A stretch of DNA of 64,000 bases from Mantamonas sphyraenae STR306 (taxonomy: Eukaryota > Protista > CRuMs): positions 186,001 to 250,000 of the forward strand of contig JAPMXV010000018.1 in NCBI GenBank assembly GCA_026936335.1, given 5' to 3'. Each line of letters begins with the position of its first letter. The stretch's first letter is position 1. Below the pieces are notes generated by a model that worked only from the letters and a program-made list of their open reading frames with translations, made no database searches and had not been told where the DNA came from. Below, one piece after another: positions 10,688 to 24,668 of the stretch. Position numbers and translations under genes: made by a program.

Positions 10688-13600
10688 TGACTCCCGATGC
10701 ATCCGACGGCGTCTCGTCGGTGGCCAGCAGACGCCAGTTGAGCAGCGGATCGTGCACAAACGCCTCCAGCACCGCCATCAGCGAGTCCTTGTTCTCGCGC
10801 AGCACGCGCATGACCGACTCGCACGTGGAGCGGTAATTGCCCTCGATGCCACTCACCTCCATGGCCTTGATCATCATGCGTGTGAGGCGGAACGGCACGC
10901 GTTCGGGGAACTTATCGCGTGTCATGGCCACCTCGAAACAATCACCGAAATCAATGTGCACCACCTTGCCCGTGGAGCGATCCATCATCAAGTTGCTCGG
11001 ATGTCGGTCGCCCAGACCCAGCATGTAACCCACCATGGACATCAGCGACAGCGAACGCGTGTAGTTTGTGCGTCGATCCAGCCACGCCTCACTGTTGCGC
11101 GACTTGAGCCACAGCACTTTGTACAGATCCTCGCCGCTGCTGTTGTCCATCGCATGTTCAAACACCTCCACCTTGTTCAGCAGCGGCATACCGTCGTAGT
11201 CCGGCGCCATCTGCGTCATCAGCCTGTGTTCGATGTTCAACACAATCTTCTTCTGCTCGCGGTGGTCCTTGATCAGCGAGTGCAGCGTGTCACAGTTTGC
11301 AAGCCACCCAATCAGACCACTGTTGGGCGACAACGGCGTCACCGCATACCTGCGGATGGCCAGATGCCTCTGCGACGCGTCCTGGTCCACCTGCAGCAGT
11401 GTGTTGACCAAACCGAACAGTTGCATCACACGCTCGTCCTGACGCAGATCCTCGTGACCCTTGAGCAGGTAATTGTGCGTTGTGCCCTCGCTCGAATCCA
11501 CGCCAATCTTCCTCGGCCGCTGCTTGCTCGTAATCACCTGCAGGTTGCTCTGGAAGCTTCGGATGCGTCGCACCTCCTGGTTCGCCATGTATGTACCGGG
11601 CATGGCCAGACTCATGTCACGCACCGCAAGCAGTGCAGGCGACACGTACTGCAGCTCCAGGCTCACCAGCTGCGGCAGCTGCTTGTTGATGCGTCGGAAC
11701 ACATGGTAGTACAGATCCCACGCTTGGTTCAGATCTGCCATCTTGCCACTGCGCGTGTACTTCTTGCACCACTCCTGCGCCTCTGCCAGATCCCGTCCGT
11801 ACGCCTGTTGGAAAGACACCTCGTGCAGTGTGGTCGGTCCAGCCTCCAGCATTTCATGCAGCGGCGCCAGCGTCTGGAACATTGCCTCCACATTGTGTTC
11901 ACCAAAGTACAGACGCGACGACTCCTCAAGGCCCTCGTGCCACTGTTCGTGCCACAGGATGGCCACACGGATCAGCTCCTGCGACACAAGCAGTGCCTGT
12001 TCGATCAGATTGTCCGCCTTGATACCCTGCATGATGGATAGGGCGCTCTCTTTGCGCAGCACACTCTGCGACTTGCTGGCCACCGTGAGAGGGTACACCA
12101 GCGCCTGCGGGTGCTCCTTGCCCACGCTGGTCAGCAGTTCGTGGATGAGATCACGCACATTCATGCTCGACGAGTGCACACGCGCAATGATCTGAGGAAT
12201 CACCTCCAGCCACGTGTCGATGCTCACCGTGGCAAATCCCGTGCGCAGTTCCGCCTCCACCTCTGCCACGCTGCCGTACTTGAACCACAGTGTCAGCAGA
12301 CGCAGAGTGTCCTGCAACCCGCTGCCGTCGTACAGCGCAATCGAGCGGAAGAAACCGCTCACCGCACGCTGCAGATGCGTCAGCATGCCTGCGTCGTTGC
12401 GCACCACCTCCTCCAAGCCCGCCCCGCCGGCCTGGCCGTGGATGTGTTGCACCACGTCAAAGTTCATCATTGCCCACGCGTGCCACGCCGCATACGACTG
12501 CGGCGCAAGCGTGGTGGCCTTGTCAAACGCCTGCAACACCGTGCCCACCATCTCCTCGCTGTCCAGGCGTGCGTCTGCCAGTTCCATGTGCCACGAGCCC
12601 AACGCAAGGTAGGCGTTGGCCAGCAGAGCAGGATGTTCCTCCTGCATCCCTTCCAGCTTGTCCACAAACGCCTGCATGCGCCCAAACGCCTCCTCCGTGG
12701 CCCCCGTCGCCCACATGTGCTTCATGTACCCAAACTCGGTGGCCGGGTGTGCCTCGGGCACCTCTGCGTCGCTGTCCCCGCTCGCAGGCAAATCCGACTG
12801 GAACAGCGTGCGCAGGAACTTCTTGGACAACTTGTGGCGCCCCTGACGCATGCACAGGTCGGCCATCTCCAGGATGATGTCACGGTCGTCGTCGGACGTC
12901 ATTACCAGCGAGCGCACGCTCAGGATGCTCTGCCACACGTCCAGGTTGCGCTGGCAGCCGTGCAGGCGATCCACCCACATCTTGCGGATCATTGCCTGCC
13001 GTTCCTCGTCGCTCGTCTTGAAACTGATCATCTCCTCCATTTCGGCCAGTTGTTGCACACGCACAGCCACCTGGTATGCACGCTGGTAACTCTCTGCCAC
13101 CAGCGCCGTCAACTTGGTGTCCAGCAGCTGCCTGGTGCTGTCGATGTACTGTTGCGCCTTGTCAAAGTCGTTGTGGTGCAGGTGCAGCAGCGCACGGTAA
13201 AACGCACCGTCCACCGCCGTTTCGGGCATCTCTTCCAGGTAGTACTCCATCGAATCCCACCGGCCCAGGTTCCACGCGGCCGCTGCTGCCAGCGGGGCGA
13301 TGATGAAGCGAGAGTCGGCCTCGGCGGATCGCCACGTGTCCTGCGTCAACTTGGCCAGCTTTTCCCACTCACCCAGGGCATTGAGACAACGCATGCGGCC
13401 CAGGGTGTGCTCCAGGTTCAGCGGCTCCTCCATCTGCTTCGTCTCGTAGCCCTCCAAGGCCTCGTCCCACCGGTTCAGCTTCTCGTACCACGACTCCTTC
13501 AGCTCCACACTCTGCTTCTGCTGTGCAAACAGGAGGACACCCACCGCGGCCTCACTCAGTTGCAGCTGGTTGTTGATGGAAATCAGCGCCTCCACCGTGG

Positions 13601-16600
13601 CCGGGTCGTGCTTGTCGTGAAACTCAATCTCCTTGTAGTGCAGGGCCTTGGCGTACGCGTTGCACGTCTCCGCCAACGCACCCAGCAGCTCCGTTTGGAT
13701 GGGCAGCGGCTTGTCGTCGTGCTCCATAAACTCGGCCAGGTTGAGCAGGGCCTGCAGAATCTCCGGCGGGATATTTTCGCTGGTCATGGCCATTTCCAGC
13801 GACGTCACCAACTGCTCCTGGTAGTTGCTGTACAACTCGGTCCAGCACGACACAAAGCTGGCATTGAACAGCTCGCGGGCCAACGGCGGATACACCTGCG
13901 CCAAGGCGGAGCACGAACGCAGCGTGGGCGACGGCGACTCGCGCAACAGCTCCACACTCAGCCTGCGCATCCACTCCATCCAATCCTCACGTGTCGAGCG
14001 CTGCTCCGCTTGCCATGCCTTTTTCAAATTGGCCTGGTTTACGTGCAGCTTCTTGATGTCACCCACACCCATGCCGCCCATGTCGTCCGTGCTGCTGCTG
14101 CTGCTCTCGTTGGTCGACTCGTTGCTGTCCTGGAACACGTCCGTGGGCAGCGGTTGGTTCTTGAGCAGCTTGGTGACCAGCATTTCGTACTTGCTGTGCG
14201 AGATGCGCTGCGAAGACATCACCTTGTTGACCATGGGCACAAAGATGGCGTAGTCGCTTTGCAGCTGCAACACAAGCGCACACAGCGTCTTGATCGCCTC
14301 TTTGCGCAGCTCGTCGTACTGCACAAACAGCACGCGTGCCAGCGGGTGGATGATGCGCGAGGCATAATCGGCAATGTTCAGCTTGCGGCACAGGCGACAC
14401 AACGTCTTGACCGCGTTCAGGCGCACGTTGAGAGGCGCATCCACCTGCTCCACCAGTTTGACCACCGCCGGGATGACGAGATGCAAGTAGTCTTCCAGGT
14501 TGGTGCCAAATGTTTCCAGGGCACGGAGCACACGCAGCGTGGGCAGGTGCTTCTCGGTCTTGTCGTTGAGCAGCACCGACAGCATCTGGGGCACCAGATT
14601 GGGCAGGTACACCTTGAACTCGTCCTTCAACGCCGTGCTGATCTCCTCCACCAGAGTGATGATGTGGATGAGCAGCGAGCTGTGCCAGTACTTCTGGATG
14701 AGGGCAAAGATGTCGTCCAGGTAGCTGCGGATGTGCTGCTTGACAATGCTCACCAGCGTGCCCAGCTGCTGGAACAGAAACTCGCGGAAGCCGTCGTCAC
14801 ACGATCGCATGACGGAAATAAAGGCCGGCATGATTTGCGGAAGGAAGGGGACACACTTCATGCCCAGGCTCTGGAAGATGTACATCACGGCCTGAATGAC
14901 CAGCTTGTGGTGAGTTTGCAACGACGGGTCGCGCAGGATGCGCATCAGCGCCATGATGACCACAGTCGGGTAGTAGTCCTCTGACGATGGCGTCATACTC
15001 GCCAGCAGCTGGTCGTCGTGCGCGCTGTTGTTCTGCTTGGTGGAGGCACGTGTGAGGGCGCGCTGCGAGTTGAGTTTGTGCTTGTACGGGTCCTGTGCGC
15101 CGATGATGCCGATGACCTTGATGATCTCCCGTCGCACCGTGGGCGACGTCTCCGAGTTGAGGCTCTTCAGGATGATGTCAAGCAGCAGCGGGTACTGGTT
15201 GTACGGCTCGATGACATAGCCCGTGGAGGACACGAGCTTGCCCAGTGTGCGCAGGGCAATCTCGCGCTTGAGCACCGAACTCTGGTCCTGCAGCGTGTTG
15301 ATGATGATGGGCAGCAGTTGGTCCAGGTAGGGCATCATGCTCTCGCCACCCACAAGGGCCAGCTCGCCAAGCGAGGCAAGCACACACGAGGCCACCCCGG
15401 AGGAGCTGTCACGCAGTTTGGGCAGCAGGGCCTTGAGGATGGCATCCACATAGGGTTTGATCAGCTTCTTGGCGGCGCGGATGAGGTGGCCGATGAGCTG
15501 TGCACTCTCTTCCTTGACACGAGAGTCGCCGCCGTACTCCAACTCGGTCAGGAGTTGGATGAGTGTCTTGCGCAGCGAAGGCATGACGTAGGCCGGGTTG
15601 CGCATGGTGAGACGACCAATGACGGAGATGGCCAGCACGCGGTTGTCAAACACCTCGTCGTTGAGGGCAATAAACAGCGAACGCAGGTTCTCGGCCTGGG
15701 CCAGGTAGGTGTCGTACTGCGGATGCAAGGAGGACAGCACGGCGCCACGGATGGAGGGCTCCGGATCGGCAATGCCCGTGGCCAGCAGCTTCTCCAACAC
15801 CTCTGAGACGAGCAGCGCCAGGTGACCGCGTGTGGGCAGCTTCTCGGAGCTGCTGACAAGCAGACGGGAACAGGTGACTGCAGCTTCACGGCGGATGATG
15901 GGCACGTCGTCGTCCAGGAAGGTCATGACGTTGTCGCGCACAAACTCGGTCAGATTGTGACCCTTGAAATCAAAGCTGCCCAGGGTTGTGAGGGCCAACG
16001 AGACGGTGGCCACATCCAGGGTGTCGCCTGCAGCTGTGGTGACCCCAGAGGAGCCACTCTGCAAGCCGGCACGTCCCTTGCCCTTGATGTCCTTGATCTG
16101 GAGGGAGGAGGAGGATGAGCCCGACGGCGTGCCCAGCATCTTGTACGGCGAGTCGGTGAGAATGACGGACAGGCGGTCCAGAAGGCGCTTCTGGATGGTG
16201 CTGAGCAGTTCGGGGATGTACAGGGCCAGGTCGCGCAGGGCGTCGGTGAGGCCTTTGGACAGGGTGGATTGGAACATGCAGTCGAGCAGATCGGCGAGGT
16301 GTTTGCTGAGGCCTGCGCCGACGGCACGTGCGAGCATGGAGATGCAATCGAGGGCCTCGGGACAGTAGGTCTTCTTCTTGGGCACAATGGCCTCCTTGAG
16401 CATGGGCACAAGCTGGTCGAGGTAGGGCATGGTGTTGTTGCCCACGGCGACGGCCATCTCGCCCAGGGAGATGAAGCAGATGCTGCGGTCGGCGTTGTTC
16501 TTGGCAGCAGCCATGAGGAAGTTCATGGCCGTGTCCAGGTAGCTCTTGACAAAGGTGTCGGAGGAGTAGGAGGCCAGTCGAGGCAGTTGCACAATCACGG

Positions 16601-17946
16601 TGCGTTTGGTCATCGTCTTGCCATTCTTGGCCTGCTCCATGAAGATCTCACACACCTCACGGAAGTGGAACTTCATGTAGTCGTTGGTCTTGGCCACCAT
16701 TTCGCCCAGGACCAGGAGGGAGCCGTGCACACTCTCCGAGTTGCCGTTCATGCCCACCATCGCCTCGTTGTACAGCTTCTGGTACAATTGCGTGCGCAGG
16801 CGTCCGTCACGGTTGGCAATCAAGTCCAACCCTTGGGCAAGGGCCTCCACAGCCACCTCGCGGATCTGCTGCTCCTTGTCCCGGATGCCCAGCCACACTG
16901 TGTCGAAAAACTCTGCCACATACACAAAGAAGAGGGTGGGTGCGTTGCGTGCAAGCTCTTTGAGCAGCAACACGGCAGCCAGTCGCTTGGGTCCTTCGTA
17001 GCGGTCTGCCTGCAGCCACTCGAGGGCGCGTTTGACTTCAAACTCCACAAAGTCGGCTGTGAGCGTGCCTCCTGCACGTGCCAGATGGCCCAAGGTCTTT
17101 GCAGCCATCACCATGGTGGGCACGTCATTGTTGGGCAATGTCTGGCGCAGGTAGTTTGCAAAGCGTGTGATTTTGGTTGCGTTTTCGTCAAAATCGACGT
17201 CGATGAGCTCGTCTGGGATTGTGGGCAGGCGGACGACGGGCGGTCAGTTTCGGCACGCGCAGGGCAGCTGACAAGGGCAAACAGAGGACAGCATAGGGCG
17301 CAGAGGGTGTATGGAAGGCGCAGGCATGTGTGGGGAGATGTGGGCATGGTGCTGAGGGTCAGGGGAGAGGAGGAGCGGAGCCACATACCGATGATGAGGA
17401 TGCCAGCCTGCTTCTCGCCAATGTCCTGCGAGTCAACCAGGGCAAAGATGCGCTTGGAGAGGTCGTTGAGGTACTTGGTGAGGACCTCGCCAGACATCTC
17501 GCGTGCATCCTCAACCACCTGTGAGGAAACAGGCATGGGGCAAAGGAGGAGTGGCGGAGGCGTGTGTGAGTGCACCGGAGCCGGGAGGGATCTTTTTGCG
17601 GGTTTAGCCAGGAAATGGACGGGAGGAGGAACGTACGCGCTTGCGGATGCGTGTGGCGACGGCTGCACGCTGCTCTTCGGTTTTGCTGTGTATGGGGCGT
17701 GCGTGTGACGGAGAGTGTGGTGGCCAGGGAGGATGGGTTAACGAAAGGCGAGGCGAGCGAGAGAGGGGAAGAAGAACGCTGGTGATTTGGCGAGTTTTGT
17801 GCACAGGTGGCCATGTGCAGGACGGCAGCAATGGCAACGGAGAAAAGACAGACACACTGGTGTCACACATACGCTTGGACCAATTCGAAGAGCATGGTGG
17901 CAAACGGATTGTCTCCCGAGGAGGAGGAGGAAGACGATCGCGACAT
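10347..17946 (-). CDS. TOR: Target of rapamycin Ser/Thr kinase (PIKK)
   Basis: Exons 17946-17873, 17685-17637, 17518-17389, 17212-10347. HEAT repeats, FAT, FRB (LWHEQWHEGLEESSRLYF), kinase (LLKGHEDLRQDER, GLGDRHPSN, HIDFGD), FATC LCQGYVGWCAFW. Confidence 0.98.
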
Positions 17947-18134
17947 CGTTTTGCGTTGGGTCACCGGGAGAGCATGCTCAAAACGTGGATGAGGCAGAAC
18001 GTGGGTGTTGTGTGTGTGTGTGTGTGTGTGCGTGCGTATGTGTGTGTGTCTGATTGTGCATGTGAAGCGGAAGGAACAGTTTTCCGTTTTGAGAAACGCC
18101 ACCGACATTCATTGCACTCAGTGCTGGGACACAC

Positions 18135-20140
18135 TCAATCTTGTGCCCTGCAATCCGACGTGTGTGCAGCGGCGTGCAGTGTCGCAGACGGTGAAGCTGC
18201 GTCTGCAGCCTGAGTTCGTCGATCGTTTTTGCGCGCAAGCTTGGCCGTCGTCGTGGCTGGATCATCACCACCCACTGCATGCGCTGCATCTGCAGCCGTT
18301 GTTCCAGTTGGATCGCGTCGCTGGCCATGTGAGGTTGTCTTGCGAGTGGTGGAGACGACAGCGGACGCCGAAACGGCGGCATCGTCGTCGTGCACGGACG
18401 CCGTGAGATCACCTCGTACGACGGGACACTGTTTGGCCAGTTGTGGGTCGTCGAGATCGACGTTGCCGTGGATTTTGTACCATCGTTGCAACTCTGTGAG
18501 TTGTACGCGAAGGCGTGCAGCGCGGGCAATGTTTGCGCGGCGCACGAGGATGCCCTGATGGAAGAGGATCTGGTTGAGGGCTGCCACAGCAACAAAGAGG
18601 GTCCAATGGGATCCTGACAGGATGAGAAGCAGCTGGGCGGCAATGACGGTGCCGTGGAGACACAGGGGAGCGAGGTGACCTGCGTGCGGGTTGCCAAAGA
18701 GGGCAAACAAGCGAGCAGCCAGACGGTCGTCGGGGGCGGCCGAGTTTTGCAGACCCAAGGAAGTGTACAGAAGGCCATGGTGCTGGACAATGGCATGCTG
18801 TGGGTAGGGTGCATGTGTGGAACTCCAGGCAGGCGCCGCACGGCGAGTGGCTGGATCGGTGTCTGCCTTGGTGCCCTGCAGGCACTTCCAGGCACCCAAA
18901 GTGTGGGCGTGCAGAAACATGGGCGCAAAGGCGCAGGATAGGAGGCGCAGAAGGAGGAGGGAGGCAGCCGAGGCTAGGAGCATCACGGCAAGGGTGCTGG
19001 TGCGCACGGTGTCATAGTACACATGTGCATGCACCCATTGGGTGGGTAGGATGCCCACCAACAGACAGCTGTCCAAAGCACCGGCAAGCACCTGCCGCAC
19101 GGCGTCGAGCATGGCCTCCTCCGCCGCAGCCGCGTTGGCACTCCCCTGTGCACTGACGTGAGGCCAGGAGAAGACCAGCAGGTGGGCAAGCAAGCTGTGT
19201 GGAGGACGTAGCAGGCATGTGGGCACATTGTGTGCAGTGGGTAGGGTGTGGGGTGCGGCAGGTGGGGTCAGCAGAGGCAAAATGACACAAACGGGAACGA
19301 ATCCGAGGTTAAGCATGCGCACTTGACAGGGAGGCACAAGATGCAAAGGAGGGCCGGAGGGCGCAAAGGAAGGGGCGGACACGATGGAGATGGAGACACA
19401 CACGTACGGTGCAGACAGCCACAGCGAGTGTGCGGGCGAGTGGGCCACGAGAGATTGTACAAAGAACAGTGCGAGGAGGATCAGCAGAGTGCGCAGCCAC
19501 GGGGCCGTCTTGGCGACCAGTCTGGTCCACAGGAGCGTGCCTCGCACAAGACGCTTGGCCAGCGCCAGCACAGTGACACTGAGCAGCCAGCCGTCGTAAT
19601 TGTAAAAGTTCTGTGTGGGTGGAAGGGGGACGTTGGGCGGCGTAGGCACATGTGAATGGGGGTGAGCGAGAGCGGAATTGGGTTCCCGAGACGACAAGGC
19701 GGGTGTGCAGAGCCACACAGGCACAGAAACATGGCGGAAGGAGAACCAAGGGGCCCACGTACAAAGTGATAGATGTTTGCGTGCTGCAGGAGCAGGTGGA
19801 GAAGCAGATAGGCAAAGAAGAGGAGTTCGAAGCGCTTGCGGCTGGCAAAGAGTCGTGGCGACGGAGCCACGCTCTCCACTGCCGAATTGTCCACCAGGCG
19901 TTGGAGTGCACGCAGTACCTGATTGCCATGGTGGCCATTGCTGCTGCTGTTGGTGGTGTTGGTGGTGTCACTCTTGGTGGTCGTGGTGGAGGTGATGCTG
20001 CTGCTGCTTCCACTGCTTCCACTGCTTCCACTGGTGTTGCTCTTGTTGTGCCGATGTTTGGCAGAGCCTCGCTTCCTCAGGCTGAGGCTTGCACCGGCGC
20101 CCGAATGGCTGGCCGAGTGCGACTTGCCGCTGCTGGGCAT
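18135..20140 (-). CDS. TMEM39: TMEM39-family multi-pass membrane protein (spliced)
   Basis: FELLFFAYLLLHLLLQHANIY, GILPTQWVHAHVYYD, HAHTLGAW, AWS..YPQHAIVQH..LYTSLG.NSAAPDD motifs resemble TMEM39. At least 2 introns; internal boundaries not fully resolved. Confidence 0.75.
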
Positions 20141-20234
20141 GTGAGGATTTCGTTTGCCTCGGTGGAGGCACTCCATCCTCCTTCCTTCACACACACACAC
20201 ACCCACACACACCCACACACACTGCACTGCAACG

Positions 20235-21245
20235 ATGAGTTCGTATGTGCGTGTGGACGATGGCGTTGGCGACGAAACGGGCGGCGTGTTGGGTGCCGAG
20301 ATGGAGATCGAGGAGGGCAACGAAGGCGAGCTGCAGCGGCAGCAGCTCATGCGACGCGGTGATGATGGTTCACCCAACTCCCAGCCACAGACGTCGTTGC
20401 GAGAACGGCTCAACCCGTGGCTGGCATTGATGGGTGCCTCGTTGGCACTGGTGTTGGTCATTGTGGTGGTGGCCACCCAACCGGACGTGTCAAACGGCAA
20501 GCAAGGCGGTGGGGCAGGCGGTGGAGGCTCGCCCGAGCCTGCCCCGGGGGTGGATGCGTTTACAGCCGTGGACAATGCCATGAAGGCATACTACACACGT
20601 GCCAAGGCAGATGCAGTGTTGCAGGTGAAACCTCTGATTGTGGCGGCCAACGGGAGCCTGCATCTGTTGCCGCAGGGCAGTGCCACCGCGCCGGGGGCCA
20701 TCCTGAGCGAGGCCCACATTCCACAAATCTACACGGACCTCAAGGTGGTGTCCCACATCCCATTGGGACTGTATGCTCTGTTGAGGTACCACACGGACAT
20801 GGCACTGCCGGCACAGCAGCGTCAAGACTTGGTGGCGTTCCAGGCCACGGTCAAAAAGGCACGGAGCACGCTGGACCAGCATGGCTTCAGCGCAACACAG
20901 CTGGCCAGGCAGAACAGGATCTTTGACACCAGCGAAACGTTTATGGACAAAACGGTGCAGGATGGTAGGGTGTCTCTGGCAGACTTGTCGGCGTACACGC
21001 ACGCGGTGGCAGCCGACTCGCTGGCCAATGCCAACGACGCAGCGGCGGCACAGCTGCAGCGAATCCACAACATCACCACCAAGTGGGAGAAGAGCTATGC
21101 ACCGGCAGTGTGGAACCAGCTCAAGGTGCTGGTCACGGGTTTGCACATGCCACGGGCCGAGGTGAGAAGAGGGGTGTGGGAGAAGAAAGGGGGGGGGGGG
21201 TTTTGGTGAGGCAAAGAGCCCACCACACAATGGTATGCACAAACT

Positions 21246-21280
<35 letters not shown>

Positions 21281-21761
21281 TCGTTGCCATGATGGTATGT
21301 TGTGTGTTGACGGACACGACACTTTGCTGGGTGGGAAAACAACCGACCACTCCCCCCCCCCACTGTCACAGAACCTGGTGATGCAATACTTCAACGATTA
21401 CCTGCACACCAACGCCAGCACGCCAGGGGAGCGTCTGATCTACGCCACCAACCTGTTTCAGTTCAGTGAGGTGTTTGACCTGCTGGCCACCCACCTGGTG
21501 GACTTTGGGGTGGGAGCCAACTTCTTCAACAGCGCCCAGCGCATGCACAGGGACCTGCTGTCTGACGGTGCCGCCGCCTATCTGGCCAAAGTCAAGCACG
21601 AATGGTTCAACTCCACCTCTGTGGCCACGCCCACCACCTCCCACGATCCCGTGCACATGCTGGCTCACCACACTGCGGATCACTCGGTCCTCCTCGCTGC
21701 CTGTCCCCATGCAAAGAGCAAACACGTGTTGCATGGCTTCTTTGGCTCGGATTCCAACTGA
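20235..21761 (+). CDS. Hypothetical single-pass membrane protein with an uncharacterised helical domain
   Basis: ATG 20235, TM WLALMGASLALVLVIVVVA. Intron 21162-21371 (GTGAGA..TCACAG) joins two ORFs in frame (HMPRAE|NLVMQYF). Confidence 0.75.
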
Positions 21762-21926
21762 ATGTAGCAGTTGTTGCGTCGATGAAGGCATTGCAAATTC
21801 CCATTTTCAATGGTTGGTTCACATACTTCTTGATGGGAATCTGCATGGCAATTGCAAGCTCACCCATGTCATCCTCCCCACACACAGTTCTCTCGTGCAA
21901 CCGGATCCATTGCTTCCAAGAGCAAC

Positions 21927-23194
21927 ATGCTGAGCGCGTCGTTTTCGGCAAGCGCCCAGCGCTTCGCCTCGACGCTGGTGCTCGTTGAGCACGACGGCAG
22001 CGATATTGCCACAGGCACGCTGTCTGCAGTCACTGCGGCCAAACAGCTCGGTGGTACGTGTGCACAGCCATCCCCCTACACGACATGGCATTCGGGATAG
22101 CGCATCCCTGTGGACACACAGGCGGCGTCACCGTCGGCGGCCACAAGAGGGTTTTTCGGGACCCATCTCACACCCCACCACCCACACACACTCATTCTCC
22201 TTCGCACAGGCGACATCACCGCCCTGGTGGCCGGCAAGGGTGCCGACGCCGTGGCTGAAAAGGCAGGCAAGGTGGACGGTGTGGCCAAGGTGCTTGTGGC
22301 CGACGCCGACTTCTACGAGAACCCGGTCGCCGAGGACATCAGCAATTTGGTCCTCAAGGTGCAGGTACGGAGACACACACACACACACACGCATGCACAC
22401 ACACACACACACACATGCACATGCACACATCCAATGCCAAAGGGACAAGCAAGGAAGTGCGACACTGACATGGGAGAGGCGGCTCGCAAACACAGGAGAG
22501 CGGCAACTTTTCGCACATTGTGGCAGGGTCGTCGGCGCTGTCCAAGGGGGCGCTGCCGCGTGTGGCAGCCAAGCTGGACGTGTCTGCCATCTCGGAAGTG
22601 ATTGAGGTGCAGGGTGAGGACACGTTTGTGCGTCCCATCTACGCAGGCAACGCTCTGGCGACGGTCAAGAGCACGGACGGCGTCAAGGTGATGACCGTGC
22701 GTCCCACCGCCTTTAGCGAGGCCGCCGCCGAGGGAGGCAGCGCCGCAGTGGACAAGGTGGACGCTGGTGCCAAGTTTGAGGGCACCACCTGGAAGGCCAA
22801 CATGCTGAGCGACTCGGACCGTCCGGATCTGCAAACCGCCAAGATTGTCGTTGCCGGTGGCCGTGGCATGAAGGATGGCGCCAACTTTGAGCTGCTGTAC
22901 AAGCTGGCTGAGAAGATGGATGCTGCTGTGGGTGCCTCGCGTGCCGCTGTGGATGCCGAGTGGGTGCCCAACGACATGCAGGTGGGCCAGACCGGCAAGA
23001 TCATTGCCCCCGACCTGTACATTGGCGCAGGCATCTCTGGCGCCATCCAGCATCTGGCTGGCATGAAGGACAGCAAGGTCATTGTTTGCATCAACAAGGA
23101 TGAGGAGGCACCGCTCTTTGCTGTCGCAGACTACGGTCTCGTGGCAGATCTCTTTGACGCCATCCCCGAGATGACAGAGAAGCTGAGCAAGTAA
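21927..23194 (+). CDS. ETFA: Electron transfer flavoprotein alpha subunit
   Basis: Exons 21927-22053, 22210-22364, 22496-23194. Mitochondrial presequence, [46 protein letters not shown]. Confidence 0.97.
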
Positions 23195-23313
23195 ACCCAT
23201 GGTTACGTTACCCACTCTCTTCTCTTTCCTGTGTGTGGGGTGTGTGTGGTGTGTGGTGTGTGGCACTCGATGGTTTGCACAACCAAATCCAATCTTCCAT
23301 CCACCCCCTTCCA

Positions 23314-24655
23314 ATGGACATCCCCGCCGAACTCCGACCGGTCATCCCATATCTGCGCCGTGCCAAAGAGGTGGAGCGTATCCAGCCTGTCGTGGTAAGT
23401 GTGGGTGCGGGGCTGTGATGGGAAACGTGAACGTGGGCATTCGCCTGACACAAACTTCATCTGCCCCCGTCCTGCCCCACGGTGGCCCCAGTCCTATTTT
23501 TGCAGGTACTACGCGGTGCAAGCAGGCCTTAAGCTGGAAGACCTGCCGCAAGAGGCCACAGAGTACCTGGTGCACCAACTGGGCGAGTTGGAAAGAGTGC
23601 GTTTTCCAGCCAGGGTGGACGAAGGGAAATGGAACGGGCAGGCAGATAGCGGCTGACACGCGACGCCTCAGATCAAAGAGGAAACAGACATCCCAGAGAA
23701 CGAGGAGGAATCCAAACAGCTCGTCAAGGCGTTTGCCCTGCGCATTTTTGACAAGGCCGACCGTGCCGATCGTGACGGAAACGCAGATGCCGGGACCGCA
23801 CAAAAGTACTACGCCGCATCGCACTTTCTCGAGGTGCTCATGGCCTTTGGCGAGTTGGACGAGGACGAAGCACGCATTCTCAAGTATGCAAAGTACAAGT
23901 GTGCTTACATCAACAAATGCCTGCGTGAAGGAGTGGAACCACAAAGCGGGCCCGTCGACAACCAGAAATCGGCGCAAGACAAGGCTCGCGAAGAGGAGGA
24001 CCTCATGCAACAGCTGGCAGCACTCGGGGCCAACACAGATGCACCCAGCAGTGCATCGTCAAGCACCACATCTGCCTCATCAACCACCCCGGCCCGAGCA
24101 GAGGATCAACCGGGCTTTGTCGACCCGTTTGCAGACGATGACGATGACGAGGAGCAGCAGCAGGAACAGAAACCACAGACAAACATGACTGGCAACACAC
24201 AAGCAAGCAATCAGGCGGACGACGATGACGATGACGACGAAGCGGAGCTGCTGAATCTGATGCAAGGAATGAGTGGAGGCGCACCGAAACCAAGTGCACC
24301 CAGCGCACCAAAGGCAAACCACGTCAGCGCAAAGCCTGTGACACCCTCCACCACCACAAGCACAAGCACATCCAGCAGCATCAACACAGCCAAAAAACCC
24401 GCTGGCAAAACAGCAAAGAAGGCAGTCGAAGTGCACGAGGTGTCCCCGGAGCAGCAGCGCATGGCGCAGATGCTGCTGGACATCGACGCTTCCAAGCTGG
24501 CGCTCACCACAGACAAGGACAAGATGCGCCAGGCTCAGCGTCTCAGCAAGTTTGTCACGTCCTCGCTGCAATTCTATGATGCAAAGTCTGCCGTCACAAA
24601 CCTCGTGGGCGCCCTGGCACTGCTTCTTCAGGAGGAGGATGACGAGACAGAGTGA
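23314..24655 (+). CDS. VTA1: ESCRT accessory protein Vta1/LIP5
   Basis: Exons 23314-23394, 23492-23596, 23672-24655. MIT region PVVSYFCRYYA, KYAKYKCAYINKCLREG, low-complexity linker, C-terminal VSL AQRLSKFVTSSLQFYD. Confidence 0.9.
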
Positions 24656-24668
24656 TTGGTCATCCACA

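Noticed and set aside
10615-10690. Trinucleotide runs (GAC/GAT, CAG, TCC) in TOR, WD40, CSTF3, VTA1 and others
   Set aside because: Ordinary coding microsatellites giving poly-D/S/Q linkers. They are not CRISPR-like arrays because there are no unique spacers.
10239-14984. Long + strand ORFs (600 and 957 aa) opposite TOR, and similar ones opposite FARSB, the kinases, CSTF3 and Pet127
   Set aside because: Antisense shadows caused by GC-rich codon bias; they are H/Q/V/L-rich and have no domain motifs.
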